DNA of 53,896 nt from a virus (taxonomy: Duplodnaviria > Caudoviricetes). Numbering within the stretch: position 1 is the first letter of the stretch; the number at the start of each line of letters is the position of its first letter. Shown in pieces: positions 18,630 through 28,857 of the stretch. The DNA is taken from the IMG/VR virus record IMGVR_UViG_3300032282_004021, positions 1-53,896 of that record; one strand, written 5' to 3'. A program made the translations under genes and the position numbers. Under the pieces are notes generated by a model, which worked only from the letters and a program-made list of their open reading frames with translations, ran no database searches and was not told the DNA's origin.

Positions 18630-21600
18630 ATGCCAATAAGAGCAATAGACGTAGAAGGAAATCCAACAATAAGACAATCGGAGCAACAATCTGATGGTGG
18701 TTATAGTGGTGCTAATATCTATACAACGGCTACTGGAATGGGTGGAGCTCCCATAAACCCCGCATATGTTCCACCATCATATTCTAACAATGGTGGTATA
18801 AAAATAAATCTTATAGCGGATTCAGTTGTTTCATTTAATGAAGATAAAACTGCCGTAGGCATTGGTAAAAGTGTAATTCTAAATAGGAATTATTATTCAT
18901 TTGGTACACAAAAAACATATCAGGCGGTAATTAAAGGAAAGCAATCCAAAAATTACTTTGTTGTACAAATAGAAAAAACATTTAGTAATTCCGCAGATTA
19001 CAATACCACAAATACACAAACGGATGGTGTTACATCTGCGCCCGCATCAATGCGGACCGCAATAGCAAATACATTTCATTTTACATATAATTCAACCGCA
19101 GGTGGAGCCACTAAACCACCAAGCGCGCTTGATTATCTACATAGAGAAAATATTCTAATAAAAGAATATGAATTAGATAATGAAGGAGGAAGACGTCGTG
19201 GCTTAGTATCAAGTCCAAAATATAAATTCAAATCAGAAAGGAGAGTTCAATCTACAGCTGGTGTTGTTGATTTAAGATTTGAATTTGGTGATGCAAAACT
19301 TGAGTTGGATATAGAAACAAAATCAGATTCTCAAAAATTAGAATATGAAGTTAATTTTAGTTCTAATTTACAAAATGAATTAGGTGATAAAGTATATCTT
19401 GAATATAAAATAGTAACACCATCAGGACAATTTCTAAAAGAAGGTAGTATAAAGTTATCCGATAATAATAATGATTTAGAAACAATAGAATCTCTTAATG
19501 CAAAAGATGCAGAAGTGCACTTTAAAATTTCCGGTGATATTGGTGATGATTATCATGTAAATTTTATAAGATATTCAACAAATTCACCCAACAGAAGGCC
19601 TTCAAAAACAAAAAATCTACTTTCTGGTTTGAATTTTGAAAACGATGTATTTGAAGGAATCGGTACTATTGCTAAAAAAAGTAATATCATAGTAAATGAT
19701 GATGGGTTATCATTGGTTCATGGCCTTACAATTAAAAGCGACTCTATTACTGCTAAAAACATAAGAGATGCCAATAATAGAAGACTACCAATAATTCCAA
19801 CCGATAAAACTACGGAAAATTGGAAAGAGGTTGGATTAGAATTTACAGCTACAGCAAAAGAATTATTATCACATATTCATATTCATATTGAATTTGAAAA
19901 GGTAATAACTTATCCAAAGCCGGAATTAGCATTAGGTGGTCTTCAATTTGAAAAAGAAATAAAAGATTCAGATACAGATGGTATATTCAATCTGATGTTT
20001 GGATCTACAAATGCCGACGTAGTTAATGTATATCTTACAACTGATAAGATAATAAAAGTAGAGCCTGCAAAGGGATTTGTAGAACTATCTTTTAAAAAGG
20101 ATTTCAATGGGGTGTATGGCACAAAACGAATTATATTAGTACCTGAAAGCAATGAGTATGGTACGGGTGAACGATATGAAGTTACTTTAAATTTCAAAGC
20201 AGTAAACGATTTCCCATCCGTTGTTGGTATACTACACCCTCAAACAATAGATATACCGTCATTTTCCGATGGTAATATTGAGTGGGATGTAGAATATGAA
20301 ACATTTGCAGCAACAAGTGTTGATGTGGATTTGATTTTAAAAGATAAAACAAAAGTATCTCTTTATAAAAGTTTAACCCCAAAAGGTTCATTCAAAATTA
20401 ATATAAGGGATTTAGCAGTTAAATTCTCACAATGGAATGGTAATGATAATGTTACCCTTATATTCAAACCATATAATAGAGGTGGAGCTGTAGAATTAAT
20501 AGGTAATGATTATGAGATTTCTACTCAAATCATTTATCCATTGGTAAAGTTAGATGAAGATATTATTCGCAAATCTATCTACGATGCTTTCATTGAAAAA
20601 ATAGGATTTCAAGAGCCAGAAAAGGAAAGTAAAAATCTTACACACTTAGTTAATTTTGGTAACGATGAACATGTACTAATTTCTTCTTGGGAAAATGATA
20701 ACTGGACTCTTTCAGAAAAAGGAACCGATGAGTTTGATAACGAAATTGTAACTAAAGAAGTTAAATCAGTAATTCTTAAACTTTATACGCCACTACCTGA
20801 GGGAGTACAACCTAATCAAACTATATGGGTTAGTAAGTTAATGACTAATCCGCTTGTTGAAACAATTATTCTAAATGAGCAAGCTTTACTTGAATGTCCT
20901 CCAATAAAGGGCCCTAATTTTGATATAGATATTGATTATGTAATGGGTAAAGGTACCGATTATGAATCTCTTGATAATCTTATATTAAGTTCTTCAAGTT
21001 CCACTAATCTCATACAAACATATCTAAGTCAATCAAATTTAGACACCGCAACGCTAAATATAGAATATGCAACCGGAGAAATCGTAAGTGGTACTACGGA
21101 ATATCTTTGGGATAATTTTGTACATTTTAGTTCGGCCGGAGAACGTGTTAATAACTTTATCTATAAGGTACAATTAATAGAGAATTATGAAACACTTTTA
21201 GTAAGCGCTTCTTTTGGTGCACAAACAGCATCTTTGGCCGGACAACAAGAAATAGAAAGACAAAAAGCCAAAAAATCATCATTAATACAGGGGTTTGACG
21301 GGTTTGAAACATTCCTTTATACATCATCCTCAATATGGTCCTCTACTGGTAGTGAGTCAATGACATGGCCTTTTAGTAGTTCTGTTAGACTACCTTCAAC
21401 AAATAGTAAAGTTATTAATTGGTATGATAGAGTAGTTGGATTGGCTGAAAAATATGATTTAGAAAACCAAAATTGGTTAATCAATAACATACCACAATAT
21501 ATCAGAGTAAACCCTGAGAATGAAAACTTCTTATTATTCTTCTCAATGGTAGGACATCATTTTGATAATATCTACTATTATACAAAAGCAATTGAACGTA

Positions 21601-23999
21601 GTAGGGGATTGGGTTATAAGAGTGAGGCCGGTGTTGCTGATAAACTACTATACGATTGGTTAAAGGGATTTAGTTGGGATGCAATTCCGCTTGGTGCAGA
21701 CTCCAAACTTTGGGATTATGCATTTGGAGAAGATGAAAATGGTAATACAAAAGAGGTAACATCTTCAAAAAAACGTTCAAATGAAGTATGGAGACGTATA
21801 ATAAACAACTTACCATATCTACTAAAACATAAAGGTACACGTAAAGGTATTTATGCTCTTATGGCATGTTATGGGGTTCCTTCATGTAATCTTTCAGTAA
21901 TGGAATTCGGGGGGCCTGAAGCAACTGATGAATTTAAGAATAAAGTTCTTATAGATAATTGTAGTTATGCTGTTACGTTAAATGGTAGTTCAAAAATTGG
22001 TATAGGAAATAGTGCAACAAAAGCTATTGAAATATTTTTTAAACCGGCATATGCACAAAATAATGCATATTTGATATTCAAAACATCAGGCGGACAACAT
22101 TTAATAATAAGTGGTTCCACTGGAGACCAATATGGTAAATTAAAATATGGTTCTTTAGAAACATCATTATTACCACTTTTTAATGGTAAGTTTACAGGTG
22201 TATGTATTTCAGATAATGGTTCTCAAACAGAATTAACTACGATGCAAACCGAAGGAGATCGAGTAATATTTTATGAATCAATCTCAGGATCGGCCGGGGT
22301 TCCAACTACATTATTTATAGGATATGATAATGTTGGGTTTAGTGGAAGTGTAGATGAATTTAGGATGTGGAATACACATCTAAGTAGTAGTGTATTTCGT
22401 GATCATGTTTTTTATCCAGAAATGATAAATGGTAATCATATTTCGGCATCAATTACCGATTTAGATGTTAGACTTGATTTTGAATATCCAAAACAAATGT
22501 TAGGTGGTGGGGTCACACGTTTTATAAATGTTGCGCCTATTATAAGTTTAGGAACTAATAGTAGAAATTATTATGAAGATAATAATACATCAACCGGTAT
22601 TACTACCGGCCGGACTGGTGTTCCTCTTATAACTACAAACGGAACAACATTTAATAACCCAATCCCAACAGTCTGGCCGTATCAATTTGAAGCAATAGAT
22701 AGAAACTCTTTAATTGAAATGCCTGATATTGGCGTTTCAAGATATTCAAGTAACAAAGTAAGATTTGAAGAACAATCACTAATTTCCGATTTATCACCAA
22801 GGCATAGGGCAACCAAAAAAGCAATTCAAACGGGCCCTCTTGATTCCAATCGTGTAGGATTATTCTTCTCACCTACAAAGGAATTAAACTTTGATATAGC
22901 AAAATCAATGGGCGCAGAATCACTTAATGAATTTATTGGTGACCCATCGGACAGATATAAACCAACATATAATAAGTTAGGTGGTTTAAGAAATTATTAT
23001 TTTGATAGAATAAAGAATAGAAACATTTACGAATATATTGACCTTGTCAGAATGTATGAGAGGGCAATGTTTGATGATCTTAAGAAAATGTTACCAGCTA
23101 GAGTAAGAGTAACAACCGGATTATTAATTGAACCACATTTTTTAGAGAGAAGTAAATATCAATACGAAAAACCAACCGGTTCAAACAATTACTATGAAGG
23201 AAATGTATCATCAACTGTAGTTACTTTGGGTGAAAATGATCAATACGAAAGTACAATTACGTTGGAGTGGCCAGTAGAAGCTGAAAATAATCAATACGAA
23301 AGTACAATAACTTTTGATTGGCCGGTGGAAGCTGAAAACGAACAATATGATGGATTAATAAATGCAAATGATAATGTAACTCCATCAGCTGAATCGGAAA
23401 ATTATGAAACAATTATTGATGCTAAGTTTGAAAACCCCACTATAACAGGAATAGCTGATGATAATGCAGAAAAATTATTAGTTCAATCAAATCCATATGT
23501 TGATATTGGGTTTGGAATTTATTGTCAAAATGGATCAGCTATTAGAACTTATTTCGATCAATATAATCGTTTAAAAAAAGAAAGAATACAGGCATATTTA
23601 GTAGTAGAAAAAAATATAAAGTATTTTGATAAATATGCAGTTTTATTACCAAGTGGAATGGGAGATTCGAGAGGTGGATTTATCACAACATCTTCATACG
23701 ATTATGAAACTAAATTAGTAATACAATCATTTGATAGCGCATCGGTAGCAACACCAGCACCTTCCGCAAATAACAATATTATTAGTGTTATAAACGTAGA
23801 TGGATATTTACCAACACATCATAGAAATACAAGTGATTTAACTACAGGTTTACAAAATTCTTATTATAAAGGTTCTAAAAATACGGCTGGTACTACGTTA
23901 GATGGCGCAGAACCGGTTGAAACATTCTCTACTAATCCAAATACTATAAGAGTTAATTTGACAAGAGATTCTTCTGAACCAATTTTAGAAGTAGAATAA
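18630..23999 (+). CDS. Large baseplate wedge protein (gp7-like) with LamG-like domain
   Basis: NNLPYLLKHKGT, FSGSVDEFRMW (LamG-like), LPARV..TGLLIEPH. Confidence 0.65.
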   Translation: MPIRAIDVEGNPTIRQSEQQSDGGYSGANIYTTATGMGGAPINPAYVPPSYSNNGGIKINLIADSVVSFNEDKTAVGIGKSVILNRNYYSFGTQKTYQAVIKGKQSKNYFVVQIEKTFSNSADYNTTNTQTDGVTSAPASMRTAIANTFHFTYNSTAGGATKPPSALDYLHRENILIKEYELDNEGGRRRGLVSSPKYKFKSERRVQSTAGVVDLRFEFGDAKLELDIETKSDSQKLEYEVNFSSNLQNELGDKVYLEYKIVTPSGQFLKEGSIKLSDNNNDLETIESLNAKDAEVHFKISGDIGDDYHVNFIRYSTNSPNRRPSKTKNLLSGLNFENDVFEGIGTIAKKSNIIVNDDGLSLVHGLTIKSDSITAKNIRDANNRRLPIIPTDKTTENWKEVGLEFTATAKELLSHIHIHIEFEKVITYPKPELALGGLQFEKEIKDSDTDGIFNLMFGSTNADVVNVYLTTDKIIKVEPAKGFVELSFKKDFNGVYGTKRIILVPESNEYGTGERYEVTLNFKAVNDFPSVVGILHPQTIDIPSFSDGNIEWDVEYETFAATSVDVDLILKDKTKVSLYKSLTPKGSFKINIRDLAVKFSQWNGNDNVTLIFKPYNRGGAVELIGNDYEISTQIIYPLVKLDEDIIRKSIYDAFIEKIGFQEPEKESKNLTHLVNFGNDEHVLISSWENDNWTLSEKGTDEFDNEIVTKEVKSVILKLYTPLPEGVQPNQTIWVSKLMTNPLVETIILNEQALLECPPIKGPNFDIDIDYVMGKGTDYESLDNLILSSSSSTNLIQTYLSQSNLDTATLNIEYATGEIVSGTTEYLWDNFVHFSSAGERVNNFIYKVQLIENYETLLVSASFGAQTASLAGQQEIERQKAKKSSLIQGFDGFETFLYTSSSIWSSTGSESMTWPFSSSVRLPSTNSKVINWYDRVVGLAEKYDLENQNWLINNIPQYIRVNPENENFLLFFSMVGHHFDNIYYYTKAIERSRGLGYKSEAGVADKLLYDWLKGFSWDAIPLGADSKLWDYAFGEDENGNTKEVTSSKKRSNEVWRRIINNLPYLLKHKGTRKGIYALMACYGVPSCNLSVMEFGGPEATDEFKNKVLIDNCSYAVTLNGSSKIGIGNSATKAIEIFFKPAYAQNNAYLIFKTSGGQHLIISGSTGDQYGKLKYGSLETSLLPLFNGKFTGVCISDNGSQTELTTMQTEGDRVIFYESISGSAGVPTTLFIGYDNVGFSGSVDEFRMWNTHLSSSVFRDHVFYPEMINGNHISASITDLDVRLDFEYPKQMLGGGVTRFINVAPIISLGTNSRNYYEDNNTSTGITTGRTGVPLITTNGTTFNNPIPTVWPYQFEAIDRNSLIEMPDIGVSRYSSNKVRFEEQSLISDLSPRHRATKKAIQTGPLDSNRVGLFFSPTKELNFDIAKSMGAESLNEFIGDPSDRYKPTYNKLGGLRNYYFDRIKNRNIYEYIDLVRMYERAMFDDLKKMLPARVRVTTGLLIEPHFLERSKYQYEKPTGSNNYYEGNVSSTVVTLGENDQYESTITLEWPVEAENNQYESTITFDWPVEAENEQYDGLINANDNVTPSAESENYETIIDAKFENPTITGIADDNAEKLLVQSNPYVDIGFGIYCQNGSAIRTYFDQYNRLKKERIQAYLVVEKNIKYFDKYAVLLPSGMGDSRGGFITTSSYDYETKLVIQSFDSASVATPAPSANNNIISVINVDGYLPTHHRNTSDLTTGLQNSYYKGSKNTAGTTLDGAEPVETFSTNPNTIRVNLTRDSSEPILEVE
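23232..23350 (+). repeat. 51-bp (17-aa) in-frame tandem repeat, about 2.3 copies
   Basis: ENxQYESTITxxWPVEA units starting at 23232, 23283 and 23334. Confidence 0.85.
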
Positions 24000-24013
24000 T
24001 TTTTATAAAATCT

Positions 24014-24022
24014 ATATTTATA
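24014..24022 (+). promoter_or_regulatory. Putative late promoter
   Basis: ATATTTATA upstream of 24046. Confidence 0.6.
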
Positions 24023-24045
24023 ACAAACGATAATAATACAACACT

Positions 24046-24678
24046 ATGGGATATTTAGATAACACTACACTAACAGTCGATGCTATTCTCACAAAAAAAG
24101 GTAGAGAAAAGTTAGCATCAGGTCAGGGATTAAACATTACACAATTTGCGTTGGCAGATGATGAGATTGATTATTCTCTTTATGAACCAGCACATCCTCT
24201 TGGATCGGCATATTATGATACAATAATAAAAAATATGCCTGTATTGGAAGCTAATCCGGATGAAACTCAGGTAATGAAATATAAATTGGTAACTCTTCCA
24301 AAAAATACAACACGTATTCCGGTTGTAGAATTTGGTGTTCCAAACATTTCAGTAAACCAAAGAAGTGGTGAGGTTGCGCTTTCTCCTACTACATCGCCAG
24401 CAGGTAATAGAAGTTTAGGATATACAATAATCCTTTCTAATAAAAATGCAGGTGATATTATCGGCGAAGGAGTAACTTCTGATGTAGGAACTGTTCCAGT
24501 ATTCATTGGTGATGATGTATCAGCAACAGCTGCTATCGCTAAAGGTTTAAGCTTTAAGTTTATTCCTAATCCATCTCTCACATCAACCATAAGAACAACT
24601 ATAACTGTTTATGGTAATGAAACCGGTGGTTCACAAACTATTCCAGTAACAGTAACATATGTAAACTATACAAAATAA
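24046..24678 (+). CDS. Baseplate/tail-fibre attachment protein
   Basis: VDAILTKKGRE..ITQFALADDEIDY resembles a tail-fibre/collar N-terminal fold. Confidence 0.6.
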   Translation: MGYLDNTTLTVDAILTKKGREKLASGQGLNITQFALADDEIDYSLYEPAHPLGSAYYDTIIKNMPVLEANPDETQVMKYKLVTLPKNTTRIPVVEFGVPNISVNQRSGEVALSPTTSPAGNRSLGYTIILSNKNAGDIIGEGVTSDVGTVPVFIGDDVSATAAIAKGLSFKFIPNPSLTSTIRTTITVYGNETGGSQTIPVTVTYVNYTK

Positions 24679-24687
24679 TAATATACA

Positions 24688-25911
24688 ATGGCAATAATTA
24701 GAGATAATAGAGGAGCCCTTTTAGCAAGCAACCTTTCAAAATATTTAGCAGGAGCAGCTAATACAGCAGGTACACCAATAGATACCAATGAAATGGTTAA
24801 AATTGTAAATCAATTCCTTGGTCAAAATGAACAAATTAGTTCCGATATGAATACTATATCAAATGGTATTTATAAAAGATTTTTGACTAATGATAAGATT
24901 ACAAATAAAACCGAAGTAGTAACAACTGGAATTTGGAGTGGAGATACTGGTTCATTGGGAATACTTTACACATCAACCAATCAAATAAATAGTAATAGTG
25001 GTAAATATTATATAGATGTATATAATAAGGCCACTTCATCAAGCGATGCAGAAGTTCAATTCTCTGTTGCATTTGGTGATGTAAGGGGATATGGTTCGCC
25101 ATCAATAGCAGATGATGAAAACTCTGTTGTAGCTAGTAAAGCTGTTTATAATCAATTCAGAAATGTATTGTTGGGTTCAACAGATCCATATTTTACTGTA
25201 TACAGTGGTTCAACACCAAACGCATATGATGTTCAACAAATATACGCAATCAATGTAAATCGTGCAAGGTATAGAGAAAGATTGGATCCGGGAAATATTT
25301 CAATAGATATGGGGACCTATAATTTAATAGATGATAGTGGTGGTACAGATGAATCTGTAACGACTGCAGGTAGGATTTATAATATAGTAGAAGGCGATTT
25401 GAATATAGGAACTGCAGGAGGTGCAACTATCACATCATATACTTCATCTAATGGACAAGGATATGGTTTATTTTATCCGGATTTTGGTGTTATAATTCTA
25501 AATGCTGAAGCAATTAGTAGTAAATCTTCTTTAGCAAATTTAGTATCAGCAAATACATCATCTGCTGGGGTTTATTTTAATAATACCGCAGGATCTGGTA
25601 GTAGATTACTAATATCAACAATTAGTACCGGTGCTGATTTTCAAGCTCGTAGAACTGAAAACGTATCTACCTCACATTATTTTATAAGAGCAAACAATAG
25701 AGAATTTAATTTCTCAAATAACCCAACATTCGTAACAGGATCGACTGGTCAATTTGTTCAGGGTGCTTTTGAAAGAGACCCGCATGTTTATATAACTACA
25801 GTTGGACTTTACGATGATGCAAATGAGTTATTGGCAGTAGCTAAAACAAGTAGACCTATAGAAAAAACTTTTGATAAAGAAGTAGCAATAAAAGTAAAGT
25901 TGGATTTCTAA
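24688..25911 (+). CDS. Baseplate/tail structural protein
   Basis: C-terminal YITTVGLYDDANELLAVAK...VKLDF. Confidence 0.65.
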   Translation: MAIIRDNRGALLASNLSKYLAGAANTAGTPIDTNEMVKIVNQFLGQNEQISSDMNTISNGIYKRFLTNDKITNKTEVVTTGIWSGDTGSLGILYTSTNQINSNSGKYYIDVYNKATSSSDAEVQFSVAFGDVRGYGSPSIADDENSVVASKAVYNQFRNVLLGSTDPYFTVYSGSTPNAYDVQQIYAINVNRARYRERLDPGNISIDMGTYNLIDDSGGTDESVTTAGRIYNIVEGDLNIGTAGGATITSYTSSNGQGYGLFYPDFGVIILNAEAISSKSSLANLVSANTSSAGVYFNNTAGSGSRLLISTISTGADFQARRTENVSTSHYFIRANNREFNFSNNPTFVTGSTGQFVQGAFERDPHVYITTVGLYDDANELLAVAKTSRPIEKTFDKEVAIKVKLDF

Positions 25912-25932
25912 AAACAATAACCAATATATATT

Positions 25933-25957
25933 AACCCACCCAAGCTGGTGGGTTTTT
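25933..25957 (+). terminator. Rho-independent terminator
   Basis: AACCCACC-caagct-GGTGGGTT followed by a T run. Confidence 0.75.
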
Positions 25958-25967
25958 AGTTAGAAGG

Positions 25968-25976
25968 ATATTTATA
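25968..25976 (+). promoter_or_regulatory. Putative late promoter
   Basis: ATATTTATA just after the terminator, upstream of 25982. Confidence 0.65.
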
Positions 25977-25981
25977 AGTGT

Positions 25982-27196
25982 ATGTTAAAAAGAATACCAA
26001 AATCAGATATTTCAATTCGTCCTTTTAAGGCATATAAAACTTGGACATTTGTTTCGGGTTCAACCGATGTTTCCGTATTAAGTGCTTTTGAAGCTGATTA
26101 TACTTCGACACTTACAGCATCAGCTAATGGTTTATCGTTTTATCAAAATGCTCTTTATGGTCAATTAAGGGCACAATTTTATAATGGAACAGAAGATAAT
26201 GTATTTATAAGGAGTGGTTATAAAACAAATGTTTATAATGCAGATAGTCCGCTAACAACCGAAAGGTTTTTAAGTGGTAGTGCAACAATCATATCAATTC
26301 CACAAAGATTTGTTGGTGATGGTATTAAACCCGGATCAGTTAAATTAAATGCTAATGGGACTATATATGTTGATGATGGATTTAGTAATATTGGTTATGA
26401 TTATCTTGATATAATCGATGTAAGCCTTTTAGATTTTAATACCGGTGAGTTTAACTTTACAAATTATTATACTGGTACACCATATTCGTGTTCGGTTGAA
26501 TCAACTACTTGGGATATGAATACAGGTCAAGTAGTAGTAACTTACCCAGCATATAGTGTAAACCCATCAGATCAATATTCGGCTATGATGTATAGCTGGG
26601 ATTCTAATGCAACACCTTCTCTAATGTATATTCAAAATCTTCCTTTTTTAGATAGCCCACCTACTGGATTACAAAAAGGAAATGTTTTTTATAATCAAGG
26701 ACTCATAGTTTTAACAAGAGATACAACGCAAGTATTACAATCTAGTTGGAGTTTGGAGTATAAATCAACCGAAACAATATATGAACATGAATATCTTTGT
26801 GTTGTAAATGAACAAGAATTTAATACTTCAACAAATCCTACCGCAGTTATTAGTACTGGAGCTGAAACTGAATGGTTCCAAACTACATACGAAGGTAATG
26901 TAAAGGTTATAACAAAGCCAGGTGTAAAATATGTTCGTAAAAGACAAGTATTAAGTCAAGATGGTTTAATGGATTATGCATATATAAGTTCAGTAAATTC
27001 GGCAGTTTCAGGTGGTTTTGAACAATGGGAAGCATACGAAAAATCAGACCCCACAGGCTCTTACCTAATGCCAATGATAACCACAATCGGACTTTATGAT
27101 GATAATATGGATTTAGTTGCGGTGGCAAAATTACCTAAACCAATAAAATCCATGCATAATATGCCCGTAAACTTTTTGGTTCGTTTTGATATGTAA
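25982..27196 (+). CDS. Baseplate/tail structural protein, paralog of 24688-25911
   Basis: EFNTSTNPT and ITTIGLYDDNMDLVAVAK...VRFD shared with the upstream gene. Confidence 0.65.
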   Translation: MLKRIPKSDISIRPFKAYKTWTFVSGSTDVSVLSAFEADYTSTLTASANGLSFYQNALYGQLRAQFYNGTEDNVFIRSGYKTNVYNADSPLTTERFLSGSATIISIPQRFVGDGIKPGSVKLNANGTIYVDDGFSNIGYDYLDIIDVSLLDFNTGEFNFTNYYTGTPYSCSVESTTWDMNTGQVVVTYPAYSVNPSDQYSAMMYSWDSNATPSLMYIQNLPFLDSPPTGLQKGNVFYNQGLIVLTRDTTQVLQSSWSLEYKSTETIYEHEYLCVVNEQEFNTSTNPTAVISTGAETEWFQTTYEGNVKVITKPGVKYVRKRQVLSQDGLMDYAYISSVNSAVSGGFEQWEAYEKSDPTGSYLMPMITTIGLYDDNMDLVAVAKLPKPIKSMHNMPVNFLVRFDM

Positions 27197-27209
27197 TTCT
27201 AATTTTTTA

Positions 27210-27218
27210 ATATTTATA
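27210..27218 (+). promoter_or_regulatory. Putative late promoter
   Basis: ATATTTATA upstream of 27234. Confidence 0.6.
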
Positions 27219-27233
27219 TAAAAATATAACACT

Positions 27234-27455
27234 ATGGCAGCTCAAGCACAAAGTCTTTTAGACATATACGCACAAAGGAAATCAGAATTAGGTGTAGATA
27301 AAATCACTTACGCTGTAGGACGTGCACGGGAAACTCCTTATAGCACAGATGACTTACAAAAAGCTGATGAACAAGTTCTTACTGCAGACAAATTCAAAGT
27401 TGGTAGACTCGGTGAAATCAACAATGTAAAATATTCTGATACAGTTAAGAGATAA
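27234..27455 (+). CDS. Small hypothetical protein
   Basis: ORF with A-rich leader after a late motif. Confidence 0.7.
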   Translation: MAAQAQSLLDIYAQRKSELGVDKITYAVGRARETPYSTDDLQKADEQVLTADKFKVGRLGEINNVKYSDTVKR

Positions 27456-27464
27456 ATTAATATC

Positions 27465-27875
27465 ATGTTCAAAAAAGTTACAAAAAAATCAGCCAAATGG
27501 GTAGCCCGTGCGAATGGGTTCAAATCTGGGCTTGAAGAAACAATATCCAATCAAATAGATAGCAAAGGAATTAAAGTAGAATATGAAACCGAAAAGGTAC
27601 CATATTCTATTCCTGCGTCCGAACACACATACCACCCCGATTTTCTACTTCCTAATGGAATATTTGTTGAAACGAAAGGTAGGTTTGTATTAACAGATAG
27701 AAAAAAACACCTTTTAGTAAAGCAACAGCATCCTGAATTAGATATTCGCTTTGTATTTACCAATTCCGGTAATAAAATCAATAAAAAATCCAAAACAACC
27801 TACGCCGATTGGTGTAAGAAATATGGGTTTAAATACGCAGATAAGCATATACCGGAGGATTGGTTTAACGAATAA
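27465..27875 (+). CDS. T7 endonuclease I-like Holliday junction resolvase
   Basis: FKSGLE, YHPDFLLPNGIFVETKG, HPELDIRFVF, TYADWC. Confidence 0.92.
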   Translation: MFKKVTKKSAKWVARANGFKSGLEETISNQIDSKGIKVEYETEKVPYSIPASEHTYHPDFLLPNGIFVETKGRFVLTDRKKHLLVKQQHPELDIRFVFTNSGNKINKKSKTTYADWCKKYGFKYADKHIPEDWFNE

Positions 27876-27879
27876 ATCG

Positions 27880-27911
27880 TTTGGAAATATCAAATATTTT
27901 TCGTATATTAC
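27880..27911 (+). promoter_or_regulatory. Bacteroidota-type early promoter
   Basis: TTTG(27880)-N20-TATATTAC(27904). Confidence 0.65.
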
Positions 27912-27915
27912 ATAT

Positions 27916-28857
27916 GTGTTAAGTATAAATGATAAAAATAAGGTAGTAACTACCCTATACTCCGTATTGGGTACACATTCTACATTAAGAGGAAATGAAC
28001 TGGCTTTTTACTGCCCGTTTTGTCACCATCATAAACAAAAGTTACAGGTTAATACCGAAACTCAAAAGTGGCATTGTTGGACTTGTAATAGTGGCGGTAA
28101 AAAATTAACATCACTACTTCGTAAATTGGATGTTGATAAAAAAACAATCTCAATCATTCGTGAAATCTATGGTGATTCAAACTATAATCCGCAATCGGAT
28201 GATTCTGATGCTAAAGTATTTATAAATCTTCCAAAAGAATTTATATCATTAGCAGAAGAGCCAAACGGATTTAATCCTGAATATAAACAGGCTGTACACT
28301 ACTTAACTCAAAGAGGTATTGGATTAAAAGAAATTGTAAAATATTCCATTGGGTATTGTAAGGACGGAATTTACGCGAGGCGTATTATAGTTCCTTCTTA
28401 CAACTCTGATGGGTCTCTAAATTATTTTATTTCTCGTTCATATTACGCTGATGAAAAGATGAAATATAAAAACCCACCAATCAGTAAAAATATTATTTGT
28501 TTGGATTCACAAATTAATTGGAAAGAACCAATTATACTTTGTGAGGGAGTATTTGATGCTATTACAATTCGTAGAAACGCAATTCCATTACTCGGTAAAT
28601 TTCCATCAAAGAACTTAATTGAAAAGATATTTTTAAATGGTGTAACCGATATAATCATTTCATTGGATAACGATGCAGTCACCGAAGCACTACGGGCTTC
28701 CGAATGGTTAAGGAAGCAGGGTATTAATGTTAAGTTAATGATGATGCAAGATAAAGATGCAGCTGAAATGGGTTACGAAGCATTTTATGAAGAACTAAAG
28801 AAAACTAAAGAATTCTCTACGGAGGATTTATTATTAAATAAGATATTAAACTTATGA
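27916..28857 (+). CDS. dnaG: DNA primase (Zn finger + TOPRIM)
   Basis: CPFC...HCWTC, CEGVFDA, LDND; likely GTG start at 27916 after the promoter. Confidence 0.88.
   Translation: MLSINDKNKVVTTLYSVLGTHSTLRGNELAFYCPFCHHHKQKLQVNTETQKWHCWTCNSGGKKLTSLLRKLDVDKKTISIIREIYGDSNYNPQSDDSDAKVFINLPKEFISLAEEPNGFNPEYKQAVHYLTQRGIGLKEIVKYSIGYCKDGIYARRIIVPSYNSDGSLNYFISRSYYADEKMKYKNPPISKNIICLDSQINWKEPIILCEGVFDAITIRRNAIPLLGKFPSKNLIEKIFLNGVTDIIISLDNDAVTEALRASEWLRKQGINVKLMMMQDKDAAEMGYEAFYEELKKTKEFSTEDLLLNKILNL

Noticed and set aside
27751-27915. Long N-terminal extension of primase
   Set aside because: It overlaps the endonuclease gene and the promoter; GTG 27916 is more plausible. Similar trimming was applied to guaB, uvsE, GT6 and 45633
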